64,000 nucleotides of DNA from an uncultured Faecalimonas sp. (GCA_964623905.1 CAZUVY010000003.1:2443-66442); one strand, 5' to 3'; shown: positions 1 to 10,068, numbered from the stretch's first letter. Translations and numbers: made by a program. The notes: generated by a model not told the origin, from the letters alone.

Positions 1-1
1 C

Positions 2-487
2 AACCTCGGTCATCGTAAGATTGCATACCTCGGCCGCGGTGATGATATGTTAGTTTCCGCGGACCGTAAGACAGGATTTCAATTAAATGCACTTCGTCAT
101 AATCTTGATGTGCCACTTGAATATAACCTGGAGATGCATTCTGTATTCTGCGAAAGCTGTGCAAACTCTATTCGCGATTTACTATGCAGCAACAACAGAC
201 CGACTGCGCTTGTAGTATGTGATGATATTCTTGCATCTGCGCTCACCTGTATTTGTCGCGAGATCGGTATCTCTATTCCAGAGGATCTTTCCATTGTTTC
301 ATTCAACAACTCCATGTATGCGAAGCTGTCTTCTCCACAATTGACCTCTTTTGATATCAACAGTGGTCAGCTCGGAATTGAATGTGCTTCACAGATCATT
401 AACCATATTGAAAATCCGGATCTTCTGGCTACAAAGATCATCGTTCCACACTTTATCGTAGAACGTGACAGCTGCCGACACATTTAA
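2..487 (+). CDS. LacI/GalR-family transcriptional regulator, C-terminal effector-binding part (5' end outside the window)
   Basis: The frame is open from the window edge (NLGHRKIAYLGRGDDM...). LacI-type sugar-binding-fold segments are present (PTALVVCDDILA, LSIVSFNN). TAA at 485-487 is followed by a hairpin terminator. Confidence 0.8.
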   Translation, partial: NLGHRKIAYLGRGDDMLVSADRKTGFQLNALRHNLDVPLEYNLEMHSVFCESCANSIRDLLCSNNRPTALVVCDDILASALTCICREIGISIPEDLSIVSFNNSMYAKLSSPQLTSFDINSGQLGIECASQIINHIENPDLLATKIIVPHFIVERDSCRHI

Positions 488-526
488 GCAAACTGTATAT
501 TTTTCAGGAATAAACTGCAACAAAAA

Positions 527-560
527 AAAGTGTGGATAACCTTTCCGTTATCCGCACTTT
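527..560. terminator. Bidirectional rho-independent terminator between the convergent LacI-type gene and dnaB
   Basis: A-run, stem GTGTGGATAAC (530-540) / GTTATCCGCAC (547-557), then a T-run. Confidence 0.7.
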
Positions 561-1901
561 TTAATTTTGCTTCAGATAATTTGCAAACTTTGTGTAGTTT
601 GGCAGCCATGTCAGATTCACGGTTCCGATCGAACCATTTCTCTGTTTAGCAATAATAATCTCCGCCACATTTTTTAATTCTGTATCTTTATTGTAATAAT
701 CATCTCGATAAATAAACATTACAACGTCCGCATCCTGTTCGATCGCCCCGGATTCACGAAGGTCTGAAAGCATTGGTCTGTGTTCGGGTCTTTGCTCTAC
801 TGCACGGCTAAGCTGTGACAATGCGATCACAGGTACATTCAATTCTCTTGCAAGACCCTTAAGTGATCTTGAAATATCTGAGATTTCCTGTTGTCTCGAT
901 TCACTTCTGCCGCCCACACGTCCAGTCATCAACTGCAAATAGTCGATGATGATCAGATCCAGCCCTTGTTCCAGCTTGAATTTACGGCATTTTGAACGCA
1001 GTTCAGAAATAGAGATACCTGGTGTATCATCGATGATCAGTTTGGAGCGTCCGATAATGCCTGCACTCTCGATCAATTTTTCCCAGTCTTCGTCTTTCAG
1101 ATTACCGGTACGAAGTGACTGTGAATCCACCTGTGCTTCCAATGAAAACAGACGGTTCACCAACTGCTCCTTTGACATTTCCAGACTGAAAATAGCCACT
1201 GATTTTTTCACTTTAAACGCCACATGCTGTGCAATGTTAAGTACGAACGCTGTTTTCCCCATAGATGGTCTGGCAGCTACCAGAATCAGATCGGAAGGCT
1301 GAAGCCCTGCCATCTTGTAATCCAGATCCAGAAATCCTGTCGGGATTCCGGTAACACTTCCGCTTGTCTTCGATGCCAGTTCAATCTTTTCCAGTGCATT
1401 CAGCACGACATCCTTGATCGGCACAAAATCTCCTGTATTTCGCTTTTGAACGAGTTCAAATACTTTCTTTTCTGTGATCTCCAATACCGCTTCCATCGGC
1501 TCTTTCCCAAGATAACACATATTGGAAATCTCTTCATTGAGTTTGATGAGACGGCGAAGCATAGATTTCTCCGCAACGATCTCTGCATAATATTTTACGT
1601 TGGCAGAGGTCGGAACTGCCGTCACCAGATCTCTTACAAACTCCAGACTGCTGATCTCTGCAGGTACATCCTTCTCTTTCAGACGTTCCTGCAACGTGAT
1701 CAGGTCTACTGGTTTTCCTTCATTATAAATCTCAACAATCGTATCAAAGACAACACCATAAGCAGATTGATAGAAATCCTCTCCTGCTACGATCTCAGAA
1801 GATGTCAGAATCGCATCTCTGTCCATCAGCATGGAACCGACTACCGCCTGCTCTGCTTCTATACTATGTGGCAGTACTCGCTTAATGAGTGCTTCATCCA
1901 T
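561..1901 (-). CDS. dnaB: Replicative DNA helicase DnaB
   Basis: 446 aa. N-terminus LPHSIEAEQAVVGSML, Walker A ARPSMGKTAF, IIDYLQLM and RQQEISDISRSLKGLARELNVPVIALSQLSR motifs. GGAGG RBS before the ATG at 1901. No intein. Confidence 0.97.
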   Translation of the reverse strand: MDEALIKRVLPHSIEAEQAVVGSMLMDRDAILTSSEIVAGEDFYQSAYGVVFDTIVEIYNEGKPVDLITLQERLKEKDVPAEISSLEFVRDLVTAVPTSANVKYYAEIVAEKSMLRRLIKLNEEISNMCYLGKEPMEAVLEITEKKVFELVQKRNTGDFVPIKDVVLNALEKIELASKTSGSVTGIPTGFLDLDYKMAGLQPSDLILVAARPSMGKTAFVLNIAQHVAFKVKKSVAIFSLEMSKEQLVNRLFSLEAQVDSQSLRTGNLKDEDWEKLIESAGIIGRSKLIIDDTPGISISELRSKCRKFKLEQGLDLIIIDYLQLMTGRVGGRSESRQQEISDISRSLKGLARELNVPVIALSQLSRAVEQRPEHRPMLSDLRESGAIEQDADVVMFIYRDDYYNKDTELKNVAEIIIAKQRNGSIGTVNLTWLPNYTKFANYLKQN

Positions 1902-1917
1902 AGTGTGCCTCCTGTCA

Positions 1918-2364
1918 TTATGCTTCTTTTACAATTACTTTTAATTCTGCTGTAACTTTTGCATGTAATTTCACTGGTACAGCGTGTGTTCCCAATGTCT
2001 TAATTGCATCTTTTACTTGAATTTTCTTTTTGTCGATATCGTAACCCATCTGTTCTTTTACTGCGATCGCAATTTCTTTTGAAGACACTGAACCAAATGT
2101 TCTTCCGCCTTCTCCAACTTTAATTGCAAGCTCAACCTTACCTGCTTCAATCTTCTTAGCAAGCTCCTGTGCTTCTTTTAAGATTTCCTGAGCTACTTTT
2201 TCTTCGTTTGCTTTTTTCAATTTTAAGTCATTTAAATTCTTGTTTGTTGCTTCGATTCCCATTTTTTTTGGTAAAATAAAGTTTCTTGCGTACCCATCAT
2301 TTACATTGACGATCTCACCCTTTTTACCAAGTGCTTTTACATCTTCTAATAAAATAACTTTCAT
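1918..2364 (-). CDS. rplI: 50S ribosomal protein L9
   Basis: 148 aa starting [21 protein letters not shown]. Classic gdpP-rplI-dnaB synteny. Confidence 0.97.
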   Translation of the reverse strand: MKVILLEDVKALGKKGEIVNVNDGYARNFILPKKMGIEATNKNLNDLKLKKANEEKVAQEILKEAQELAKKIEAGKVELAIKVGEGGRTFGSVSSKEIAIAVKEQMGYDIDKKKIQVKDAIKTLGTHAVPVKLHAKVTAELKVIVKEA

Positions 2365-2376
2365 GTTATTCTCCTC

Positions 2377-4425
2377 CTAAATATCTCCTTCTGATATCAT
2401 AATATCAATCACATCTTTCAATTGAGCGACTGCTTCTCCCATGATCGTATGCTGGAACTGCGCTCCCGCCGTATTCATATGGCCGCCTCCACCGAGACGT
2501 TCCATAATGATCTGTACATTTACTTCATCGATCGATCTTGCGCTGACATAAATCTTTCCATTATACTCTGTCAGAACGAACGAAGCCTTGATTCCATTGA
2601 TATTGAGCAGCTCATTTGCAGCCTGCGCTCCAATGATCGTCGGACTCTCAATGTCCTTATTCTGACAGCGTGCGATCGCATATACACTCTTATATACTTC
2701 TGCACTGCTGATGATCTCTGCTTTTACACGATAAGAATCAATGTCATCGCGGAACATCTTTCTTACATAAGTGATATCCGCGCCGCATCGTCTCAAAAAT
2801 GCTGCCGCCTCAAATGTTCTTACACCAGTACGATTCATGAAATTGTTTGTATCGATCATAATACCGGCATACATACTATTCGCTTCAATACTGCTGATCT
2901 TAATATCATCTGAAATGTATTGAAGTACCTCTGCTACCATTTCACATGCGGATGATGCATATGGTTCGATATATGACAGAATTGTATTTTCGATCACGGC
3001 ACTGCCCTGTCTGTGATGGTCAAATACAACAATCGTCTTTGCCTTTTTCAACAGTTCCGGACATTCTGTAATCTCTGGTTTATTTGTATCTACAACAACC
3101 ACCATTGTGTTATCATTCATGATCTCTGATACATCGGACGATTTGATAAACATGTCATCCGGATATGCAGCACTCTCTCGGAATAACTGATAAAGCGGAC
3201 GAACGGATGTTGTAATATCGTTCAACACAATATATGCCTTTTTTTCCATCGTCTTTGCTGCACGATAAATTCCCACAGCCGCACCAAATGAGTCCACATC
3301 TGCGATGCGATGTCCCATAACGATCACCTGATCCTTTGCCATGATAAATTCGCGGAGTGCTTCCGCTTTTACACGGGCTTTTACTCGTGTATTCTTTGCA
3401 GTCTGTTCTCTCTTACCACCATAATAAGAAATGTTTTTGCCCTGTTTTACAACTGCCTGATCACCGCCGCGGGCAAGCGCCAGATCAATCGCAATACGTG
3501 CATAATTATAACTCTGCGAATATGTATCTGCTGAAATACCCATACCAATACTAAGTGTCACCGGCATTGTATTCCCGATATTTACACTCTTTGCTTCTTC
3601 CAAAATAGAAAACTTATTTTTTTCCATTTCTTTAAAGAAATGCTTCTTAACTACGAAGAAATACTTGTCTTTCTCCATCTTCTTGACCAAACCATCACAA
3701 TTTGCCAGATACTGATTGATTTTACGATCAATCAGAGCGACCAGAAGCGATTGTCTTACTTCTTCTACACTCTCCATAACTTCTTCATAGTTGTCAATAT
3801 AAATAAGTCCCGAAACCAACTTTTGATCTTCATTTTCTCTAATATAGTGATTTAATTCTGTAATGTCGTCTAACGATACTGTAACAAAATACGCTCTATC
3901 CTTCGGCAAATTAAATATATTCTCTTTATTATCGGTTTCCGGAATAGAAACTCTCGAAATACGCGCATAATAATCTCTGCCTTCGTAGTCCACATCAAGT
4001 CCTATTCTTTCATCCTCTTCTTTCGGAAAGACGCCTCGATTCAGATCATGAATAAAATTACTCAAATATTTATCCACTACAGACTTTTCACCAAATATTT
4101 TTTGAAAACTGTCATTTGCCCAGATAATTTTCCCATCATCCATCAAAACAGCATATGGTGTTGATAAATCTTTTAACAGGACATCCTGTACTGAGTCGTA
4201 TTGAGATGCAAAATCTACCATATCTGTGAGTATCAGTGACTTATTATGAAAATATAACAAGCCTGCCGAAACTATATAGATCAGTACAAATATACACATT
4301 ACAAATCCCGCATTACGATCAATGGAAAACATCCATACATTCATGGCGATCAACAGGATTGCCATAATTGCCGGCCATTGCATATACAGTTTCAATTGTC
4401 CTTTCAAATGTATATTGTTTTTCAT
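2377..4425 (-). CDS. gdpP: GdpP-type DHH/DHHA1 phosphodiesterase (c-di-AMP phosphodiesterase family)
   Basis: 682 aa with two N-terminal TM helices, a PAS-like and a degenerate GGDEF-like region, DHH motif (VVFDHHR) and DHHA1 GGGH motif. Sits upstream of rplI-dnaB as in Bacillus yybT. Confidence 0.9.
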   Translation of the reverse strand: MKNNIHLKGQLKLYMQWPAIMAILLIAMNVWMFSIDRNAGFVMCIFVLIYIVSAGLLYFHNKSLILTDMVDFASQYDSVQDVLLKDLSTPYAVLMDDGKIIWANDSFQKIFGEKSVVDKYLSNFIHDLNRGVFPKEEDERIGLDVDYEGRDYYARISRVSIPETDNKENIFNLPKDRAYFVTVSLDDITELNHYIRENEDQKLVSGLIYIDNYEEVMESVEEVRQSLLVALIDRKINQYLANCDGLVKKMEKDKYFFVVKKHFFKEMEKNKFSILEEAKSVNIGNTMPVTLSIGMGISADTYSQSYNYARIAIDLALARGGDQAVVKQGKNISYYGGKREQTAKNTRVKARVKAEALREFIMAKDQVIVMGHRIADVDSFGAAVGIYRAAKTMEKKAYIVLNDITTSVRPLYQLFRESAAYPDDMFIKSSDVSEIMNDNTMVVVVDTNKPEITECPELLKKAKTIVVFDHHRQGSAVIENTILSYIEPYASSACEMVAEVLQYISDDIKISSIEANSMYAGIMIDTNNFMNRTGVRTFEAAAFLRRCGADITYVRKMFRDDIDSYRVKAEIISSAEVYKSVYAIARCQNKDIESPTIIGAQAANELLNINGIKASFVLTEYNGKIYVSARSIDEVNVQIIMERLGGGGHMNTAGAQFQHTIMGEAVAQLKDVIDIMISEGDI

Positions 4426-4436
4426 AGTCTTACCCT

Positions 4437-5453
4437 TTATTCTTCATATCCGTTTGGATTTCCTGACTGCCATCTCCATGAATCGGCACACATTTCATCC
4501 AGACCCTTTGTTGCCTCCCAGCCTAATTCTGCTTTTGCTTTTGCAGGATCTGCATAACAAGCTGCAATATCGCCAGGTCTTCTAGCCTTAATTTCGTATT
4601 TAATTTCCTTTCCACAGGCTTTGCTGAATGCTTTTACCATATCCAATACAGAATAACCATTTCCTGTACCAAGATTGTATACACATACACCTGCATTTTC
4701 TTCAATCTTCTTTAGTGCCTTCACATGGCCAAGTGCAAGGTCAACCACGTGAATGTAGTCTCTTACTCCTGTACCATCATGTGTATCATAATCATCGCCA
4801 AACACACCGAGGCATTCTCTCTTTCCTACTGCAACCTGTGTGATAAATGGCATCAAGTTGTTTGGTATTCCTTTTGGATTCTCTCCGATCATGCCACTCT
4901 CATGTGCTCCGACCGGATTAAAATAACGAAGCAATACTACATTCCATTCTGGATCAGATGTATGTAAATCTGTCAAAATCTGCTCTAACATCGATTTTGT
5001 CCATCCATATGGATTTGTACACTGTCCTTTTGGACACTCTTCTGTAATCGGAATAAATGCTGGATCTCCATATACAGTTGCAGATGAACTAAAGATAATG
5101 TTCTTTACGCCAGCTTCTCTCATCGCGTTACAAAGAACCAATGTTCCGGAAATATTATTGTCATAATACTCCAATGGTTTTGAAACCGATTCGCCTACCG
5201 CTTTCAATCCGGCAAAATGGATTACTGCATCAATATCATTTTCCGCAAAAATCTGCTTCATAGCCTGCGCATCACGAATATCTTCTTCATAGAATTTGAT
5301 TTCTTTTCCTACAATCTTTTCTACTCGTTTGAGTGCTTCGGCACTTGCATTACACAAGTTATCGACAACTACAATATCATATCCTGCATTGATCAATTCA
5401 ATACATGTGTGACTGCCAATGTAACCGGCTCCACCTGTTACTAAAATAGCCAT
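4437..5453 (-). CDS. galE: UDP-glucose 4-epimerase
   Basis: 338 aa with [15 protein letters not shown] Rossmann motif, YGWTK (YxxxK) catalytic motif and a GalE-like C-terminus. Confidence 0.93.
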   Translation of the reverse strand: MAILVTGGAGYIGSHTCIELINAGYDIVVVDNLCNASAEALKRVEKIVGKEIKFYEEDIRDAQAMKQIFAENDIDAVIHFAGLKAVGESVSKPLEYYDNNISGTLVLCNAMREAGVKNIIFSSSATVYGDPAFIPITEECPKGQCTNPYGWTKSMLEQILTDLHTSDPEWNVVLLRYFNPVGAHESGMIGENPKGIPNNLMPFITQVAVGKRECLGVFGDDYDTHDGTGVRDYIHVVDLALGHVKALKKIEENAGVCVYNLGTGNGYSVLDMVKAFSKACGKEIKYEIKARRPGDIAACYADPAKAKAELGWEATKGLDEMCADSWRWQSGNPNGYEE

Positions 5454-5493
5454 AATCTATCCTCCTGCTCTCTCTAAACCAGATATCCCTATT

Positions 5494-6414
5494 CTACTTC
5501 CATAAATTCTGTGGATACAATCCTGAGTCTTTTAATCCTTTGATTGCAGCCTGAACAAATGGCTTATCTTCTTTGTATGTTACACCATACCACTTGTCAC
5601 TTGATGTAAGCACTGTTACAGTTGCTTTCTTCTCTGCTAGTAAATTACTTACAACTGATGGAAGATAATATTCACACTTCATAGGATTCACTTTTAATCC
5701 TTCTTCTAAGAATGCTGGGAATCCCTTTTGAATCTCTCTGAGCATACTTGCTGTAAATCCCCACATATTCATAGATACAATGCTTCCCTCTGGTAACGTG
5801 ATCCATGTCTTTCCATCATCTTCTGTGTAGGCTGCACCATTTTCTTTCTTCTCGATTCTTGTTCTCTCTGTAACACTTACAAGTTCACCGGCTTCATTTG
5901 TACAGCATACGCCACGTGATACGTGACCATTCTCTGTCAGTGTATTTTCCAATTGATATCCTACCATTGTGTAGCGATACAACTCATCATCTTCATGTGT
6001 AGATAAAAAGTCGTAAATCTTCTGGAACGCATCTCTTCCGTAATAGTCATCTGCATTAATCACGGCAAATGGTCCATCTACTTCTTCGATACTGCTTAAG
6101 ACTGCATGAGCTGTTCCCCAAGGTTTCACTCTGCCTTCTGGAACCTGAAATCCTTCCGGAATATTGTTGATATCCTGGAATACATATGCAACTTCCATTT
6201 CTTTTTCGATACGTTTTCCTACTGTATCTCTGAAATCTTGTTCATTCTCTTTCTTAATAATAAATACAACTTTATCAAAACCTGCTCTTTTTGCGTCATA
6301 AATCGAAAAGTCCATAATAATATGACCTTGCTCATCGATCGGGTCGATTTGTTTCAAACCACCATATCTGCTTCCCATTCCTGCTGCCATAATTACTAAA
6401 ACTGGTTTTTTCAT
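5494..6414 (-). CDS. Sugar-phosphate nucleotidyltransferase family protein (substrate unknown)
   Basis: 306 aa. N-terminal VIMAAGMGSRYGGLKQ signature of NTP-transferases, plus INADDYYG. Adjacent to galE. Confidence 0.75.
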   Translation of the reverse strand: MKKPVLVIMAAGMGSRYGGLKQIDPIDEQGHIIMDFSIYDAKRAGFDKVVFIIKKENEQDFRDTVGKRIEKEMEVAYVFQDINNIPEGFQVPEGRVKPWGTAHAVLSSIEEVDGPFAVINADDYYGRDAFQKIYDFLSTHEDDELYRYTMVGYQLENTLTENGHVSRGVCCTNEAGELVSVTERTRIEKKENGAAYTEDDGKTWITLPEGSIVSMNMWGFTASMLREIQKGFPAFLEEGLKVNPMKCEYYLPSVVSNLLAEKKATVTVLTSSDKWYGVTYKEDKPFVQAAIKGLKDSGLYPQNLWK

Positions 6415-6516
6415 ATTCCTTTCCTCCCAAATTGCGCACTATAATAGTTTATTATAGTACATTCCACTTTAAAAATCAATGAGAGAAGAAAGTATAGAAA
6501 AAAGTGTACTGCAAAA

Positions 6517-6560
6517 TAAAAGACCGTCAACTTTTCGCACATTGCGGCCAGTCAACGGTC
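6517..6560 (-). terminator. Candidate terminator after the alpha/beta hydrolase gene
   Basis: On the minus-strand RNA, GACCGUUGAC pairs with GUUGACGGUC (10 bp including two G-U pairs, 19-nt loop), followed by UUUU. Confidence 0.4.
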
Positions 6561-6605
6561 AGTTTTTCGATATTCAGTTATAGTGTTTCATTCGACAGAT
6601 TCAAA

Positions 6606-7667
6606 TTAGCGTTCTCTTTCTATTTCTGCAATTTGATGAACAATTTCAGAAAAACCTTCTGAATCAGATTCTAATAATCCATGTGTCATATTTTCCATTA
6701 TAAACATCTGTTTATACGGTGCGTTTACTTCTTCGAAATATTCCTGTGCCAATTTGTAATTCGTTTGATAATCTTTATCACCGTTTATATTATAAAATGG
6801 CGCTTGATAGTCAACTTTATCCTTAATTGAAAAACTTGCAAATTCATCAGAAGAATAAAAATCCAAATAGGTACTCATATCTGAATTTAGGAACTTAATC
6901 CAATCACTGATAGAATAGTATGGATTAAAAATTATCGCCGAAACCAAATTGTAATCAGCACCATTCGCCATCATATCATAACCATACTTTTGCATGATGG
7001 TGTTTTTAAAAGAAAAATGTTCTACTGTCGCATTGTCTGGTGTCAATTGGTTTACCAAAGCCAACATTTCCTCGTCATCTTGAGCCCATATATAAGCTTC
7101 CTGTTTGAATGCTTCTTCATTTTCTAAGCAATCAACAAGTTGTCCTGCTCCAATAAAACACTCATAATACTCTGGATATTCAAGCACCAAATTTGCCCCA
7201 TATATACTTCCCCATGAATGTCCCAAAATGGTCAACTTATCCTTTGACAGATAATCCAATACAAACTCCGTAACTTCCTTTCCATCAGCCAAAAACAAAT
7301 CTTTTGTTAGGGCAATATCATTTTGCTCTGAATTATAGCTTTTCCCACAATTACGCTGGTCCCAAGTCACTATCGAATATACATCTGCCCATTTTCTTGT
7401 AATCACATAATCTAAATAACTTGTTGAAGAACCCGGTCCTCCGTGTAAATATAACAAGACTGGGTTATCTATATCCTCTCCATAAATACTAATCCACTGC
7501 TTTGTACCATTAACATCAATATACATCGACTCATTGATACCCCCAGCAGGAGTTTTATTATAGATTGCTTTTCCGATTGCTCTAACCAAAAAGAACACCA
7601 TAAGCAATGACAAAATTAGCACTGCTATCCATTTAATAATTCTAACTATTTTGCATTTTTTCTTCAT
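6606..7667 (-). CDS. Membrane-anchored alpha/beta hydrolase (prolyl-aminopeptidase-like)
   Basis: 353 aa with an N-terminal TM helix (IAVLILSLLMVFFLV), oxyanion LHGGPGSS and nucleophile elbow GHSWGS. Confidence 0.8.
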   Translation of the reverse strand: MKKKCKIVRIIKWIAVLILSLLMVFFLVRAIGKAIYNKTPAGGINESMYIDVNGTKQWISIYGEDIDNPVLLYLHGGPGSSTSYLDYVITRKWADVYSIVTWDQRNCGKSYNSEQNDIALTKDLFLADGKEVTEFVLDYLSKDKLTILGHSWGSIYGANLVLEYPEYYECFIGAGQLVDCLENEEAFKQEAYIWAQDDEEMLALVNQLTPDNATVEHFSFKNTIMQKYGYDMMANGADYNLVSAIIFNPYYSISDWIKFLNSDMSTYLDFYSSDEFASFSIKDKVDYQAPFYNINGDKDYQTNYKLAQEYFEEVNAPYKQMFIMENMTHGLLESDSEGFSEIVHQIAEIERER

Positions 7668-7743
7668 CTATTCACCACCAACCTTAAATCTTCTGTGCTC
7701 CATCTTACAATATAGCTTTCCAACTTTCTCTCCCAGCAAATTA

Positions 7744-8389
7744 TTATACATGCGTTACTATTCTATATGCCAAATTCGAAACCCAATGAGGTATAATAGC
7801 ACCATACAAACTGTCGGATTTTATTCTTATAAAAGATAAAATCAAGTGAGTAACAAATAAGTCCAACATATATGGTACATTTGTTATCAAATCCATAAAT
7901 GACATATTGTAAGCTACCATTCTAAATGGAAAATGCATTTGCATAAACAATAAACCTGTCAAAAGAATATCCACATATATTCTTTTTGTATATCCATGAA
8001 GTCTCGTTTCAATATATCCTCGAAACATCACCTCTTCAGAGAGCCCTACTGTAAAAAAGTACAGAATATATATCACTATTTCTTTTATTGGAATAAATGA
8101 CTGCTTATCAAACAAAATATTAGATAAGCAATTACAAAAAAAACAAAATAACTGCTAATGTAATTCCCATTATTAACGAAAGTTTTATGTTCCCCTTACG
8201 CAATCCAATTGTTTCAATTCCCTGCTTTCTAATTTTTAAACATAATAATACGATTCCAACAAAAACAAGTACAGCAATAAACGCATCTACTTTTTCAAAA
8301 CTATTCACTAAATTTTTGTATGAATCTGGTGCTCCAAATATATTCCTAAAAAAATTCACCAATGCAGTATTTCTTTTATATTTCTTCAT
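7744..8389 (-). pseudogene. CPBP-family intramembrane glutamic protease (CAAX/Abi type), split by a +1 frameshift at a T8 run
   Basis: ORF 8389->8132 (85 aa, TM-rich) and ORF 8115->7744 together carry the CPBP motifs (SEEVMFRGY, MQMHFPF, HWVSN). Removing one T from the T8 run joins the frames: ...ILFFCNCLSNILFDKQSF... Confidence 0.75.
8136..8143 (-). repeat. T8 homopolymer (A8 on the plus strand) at the CPBP frameshift site
   Basis: Read directly. The minus strand reads ATT TTG TTT TTT TTG TAA. Confidence 0.95.
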
Positions 8390-8589
8390 AATTCCTTTCC
8401 TCTCTTCAACTCCAGACTTTGCTACACCCTCACAAATCCAAGATTTTCCATCGCACGCTAGTCTTACCTCTTTGAACCAATAAAGTATATCATAAAAATA
8501 TGAATTATTTCTACCATTTGCATAAGAAACGCCCGAACACCTCCTCTACTCCTGTAAGTTTCACATCCACTAAGAAGTTTAAGAACAAC

Positions 8590-8633
8590 AAAAAAACCCT
8601 TAAACATCTTGATTTCTCAATGTTTAAGGGTTT
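8590..8633 (-). terminator. rpsR operon terminator
   Basis: Minus strand GAAACCCTTAAACAT-loop-ATGTTTAAGGGTTT, followed by a T-run. Confidence 0.8.
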
Positions 8634-8664
8634 CATATCATTTCATATACAATTAACTAATTGA

Positions 8665-8928
8665 TTAGTCTTGTACGTATGGCATTAAAGCAATATGTCT
8701 TGCTCTCTTGATAGCTACTGTAAGAGCTCTTTGATGTTTTGCACAGTTTCCTGTGATTCTTCTTGGAAGAATTTTTCCTCTTTCAGAAACATATTTTCTT
8801 AATTTAGCCACGTCTTTGTAATCGATTTCGTTGTTTTCTTTACCGCAGAATACACAAACTTTTTTTCTTCTGCGTCCGCCTCTTCTCTTCATTGGAGAAT
8901 CTGCTTTGTTACCTTTATCAAAAGCCAT
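8665..8928 (-). CDS. rpsR: 30S ribosomal protein S18
   Basis: [16 protein letters not shown]...[14 protein letters not shown]. Start placed at ATG 8928 (GGAGG 8 nt upstream). The first codon of the longer ORF in the track is TTG. Confidence 0.95.
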   Translation of the reverse strand: MAFDKGNKADSPMKRRGGRRRKKVCVFCGKENNEIDYKDVAKLRKYVSERGKILPRRITGNCAKHQRALTVAIKRARHIALMPYVQD

Positions 8929-9001
8929 TGTCAATACCTCCTGTTTTATTTCTCGAACATGTAAGTTCGGATTCTAATTTCATACTACACGATCAATCGG
9001 T

Positions 9002-9439
9002 TTAGCTGAATGGTAATTCTTCATCAATTCCGTCTGGAATATTCATGAAACCATCTCCAATATCAACATTTGGTGATGGAGCAGGAGCTGCTTGATAACC
9101 GCTGTTAGATGCGCTTGCTGCTTTGCTTTCTGCAAATTCTTGTTCTTCGATCACTACATCAGTAGTATATACTCTTACGCCATCTCTGTTTGTATAGCTT
9201 CCAGTCTGGATACGTCCAGTAACTGCAATCTTTACACCTTGACGTAAATATCTTTCAGCAAATTCTGCTGCTCTGCCAAATGCAACACAGTTAATAAAAT
9301 CTGCTGATTGTTCGCCGTCACGTTTGAAACGACGGTCAACTGCTAATGTGTATCTTGCAACTGCACTTGCGCTGTCACCTTGTGAATATCTAACTTCTGG
9401 ATCTCTTGTTAAGCGTCCCATTAAAATTACTTTATTCAT
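9002..9439 (-). CDS. ssb: Single-stranded DNA-binding protein
   Basis: 145 aa starting MNKVILMGRLTRDPEVRY, with an OB fold and an acidic C-terminal tip DEELPFS. Confidence 0.95.
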   Translation of the reverse strand: MNKVILMGRLTRDPEVRYSQGDSASAVARYTLAVDRRFKRDGEQSADFINCVAFGRAAEFAERYLRQGVKIAVTGRIQTGSYTNRDGVRVYTTDVVIEEQEFAESKAASASNSGYQAAPAPSPNVDIGDGFMNIPDGIDEELPFS

Positions 9440-9486
9440 TCGATTTCCTCTTTTCTAATAATGCGCTTGTATCAAATGCGCAAATC

Positions 9487-9774
9487 TTATGCTTCTTCTT
9501 TTACGCATAAGAATCTGATTACGTTTTCCATGATACGAAGTCTAGCTTCGATTTCAGCTGGAGCTGTAGCTTCAGATTCGAATTTGATGAAGTAGTAGAA
9601 TCCTTCTCTCATTTTTTGAATTTCGTAAGCTAATTTTCTCTTACCCCATTCATCAACGTTAGTAACTGTACCACCGAAACGTGTAATGTAGCTTTGTACT
9701 TTTTCGATTGTAGCAACTCTAGCGTCATCTTCGATTTTTGCACTGACAACAACTGCTAATTCATATTTGTTCAT
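9487..9774 (-). CDS. rpsF: 30S ribosomal protein S6
   Basis: 95 aa: MNKYELAVVV...KRKLAYEI...GFYYFIKF. Confidence 0.95.
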   Translation of the reverse strand: MNKYELAVVVSAKIEDDARVATIEKVQSYITRFGGTVTNVDEWGKRKLAYEIQKMREGFYYFIKFESEATAPAEIEARLRIMENVIRFLCVKEEA

Positions 9775-9784
9775 GTCGTTTGCA

Positions 9785-9821
9785 CCTCCTCTTGGTCTCT
9801 GGCCCCTGTCTTTCTCAGGAG
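9785..9821 (-). promoter_or_regulatory. rpsF 5' leader hairpin pairing an anti-SD (CUCCU) with the SD (AGGAGG)
   Basis: Minus strand GCTCCTGAGAAAGACAGGGGCCAGAGACCAAGAGGAGG. CTCCT (9817-9821) is complementary to the RBS (9785-9790). Confidence 0.3.
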
Positions 9822-9877
9822 CAAGGAATAAAATAATATATCACAATTTGGTATGATACCATATTTACAAATTAGTT

Positions 9878-10066
9878 TCAAGCATTTTTTCTTAATTCTT
9901 TTGTGTTTTTTTCTACCGTTTTTCGATCAATCATAATCTGATGACCACATCCCTGACACTTCATACGAAAGTCTGCTCCCACACGCAAAATCTCCCATTC
10001 AAAGCTGCCGCATGGATGCTTCTTTTTCATTCTTACAACATCACCGACTTCATATTTATCAGCCAT
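9878..10066 (-). CDS. DUF951-family small protein
   Basis: 62 aa: GDVVRMKKKHPCGSFEWEILRVGADFRMKCQGCGH (CxxC...CxxC). Confidence 0.8.
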   Translation of the reverse strand: MADKYEVGDVVRMKKKHPCGSFEWEILRVGADFRMKCQGCGHQIMIDRKTVEKNTKELRKNA

Positions 10067-10068
10067 TG

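Noticed and set aside
1224-1955. A 243-codon ORF on the plus strand, antisense to dnaB. Similar long antisense ORFs occur at 10699-11271, 11368-12015, 12530-13108 and 14458-15105.
   Set aside because: The translations are Cys/Phe/Ile/His-rich nonsense with no RBS or recognisable motifs. They lie fully inside strongly supported genes, and such shadow ORFs are expected opposite codon-biased genes.
6479-6583. A 34-codon plus-strand ORF (MREESIEKSVLQNKRPSTFRTLRPVNGQFFDIQL) in the 190-bp gap upstream of the nucleotidyltransferase gene.
   Set aside because: It has no RBS, overlaps the hairpin that best fits as the terminator of the hydrolase gene, and has no hydrophobic or motif content.
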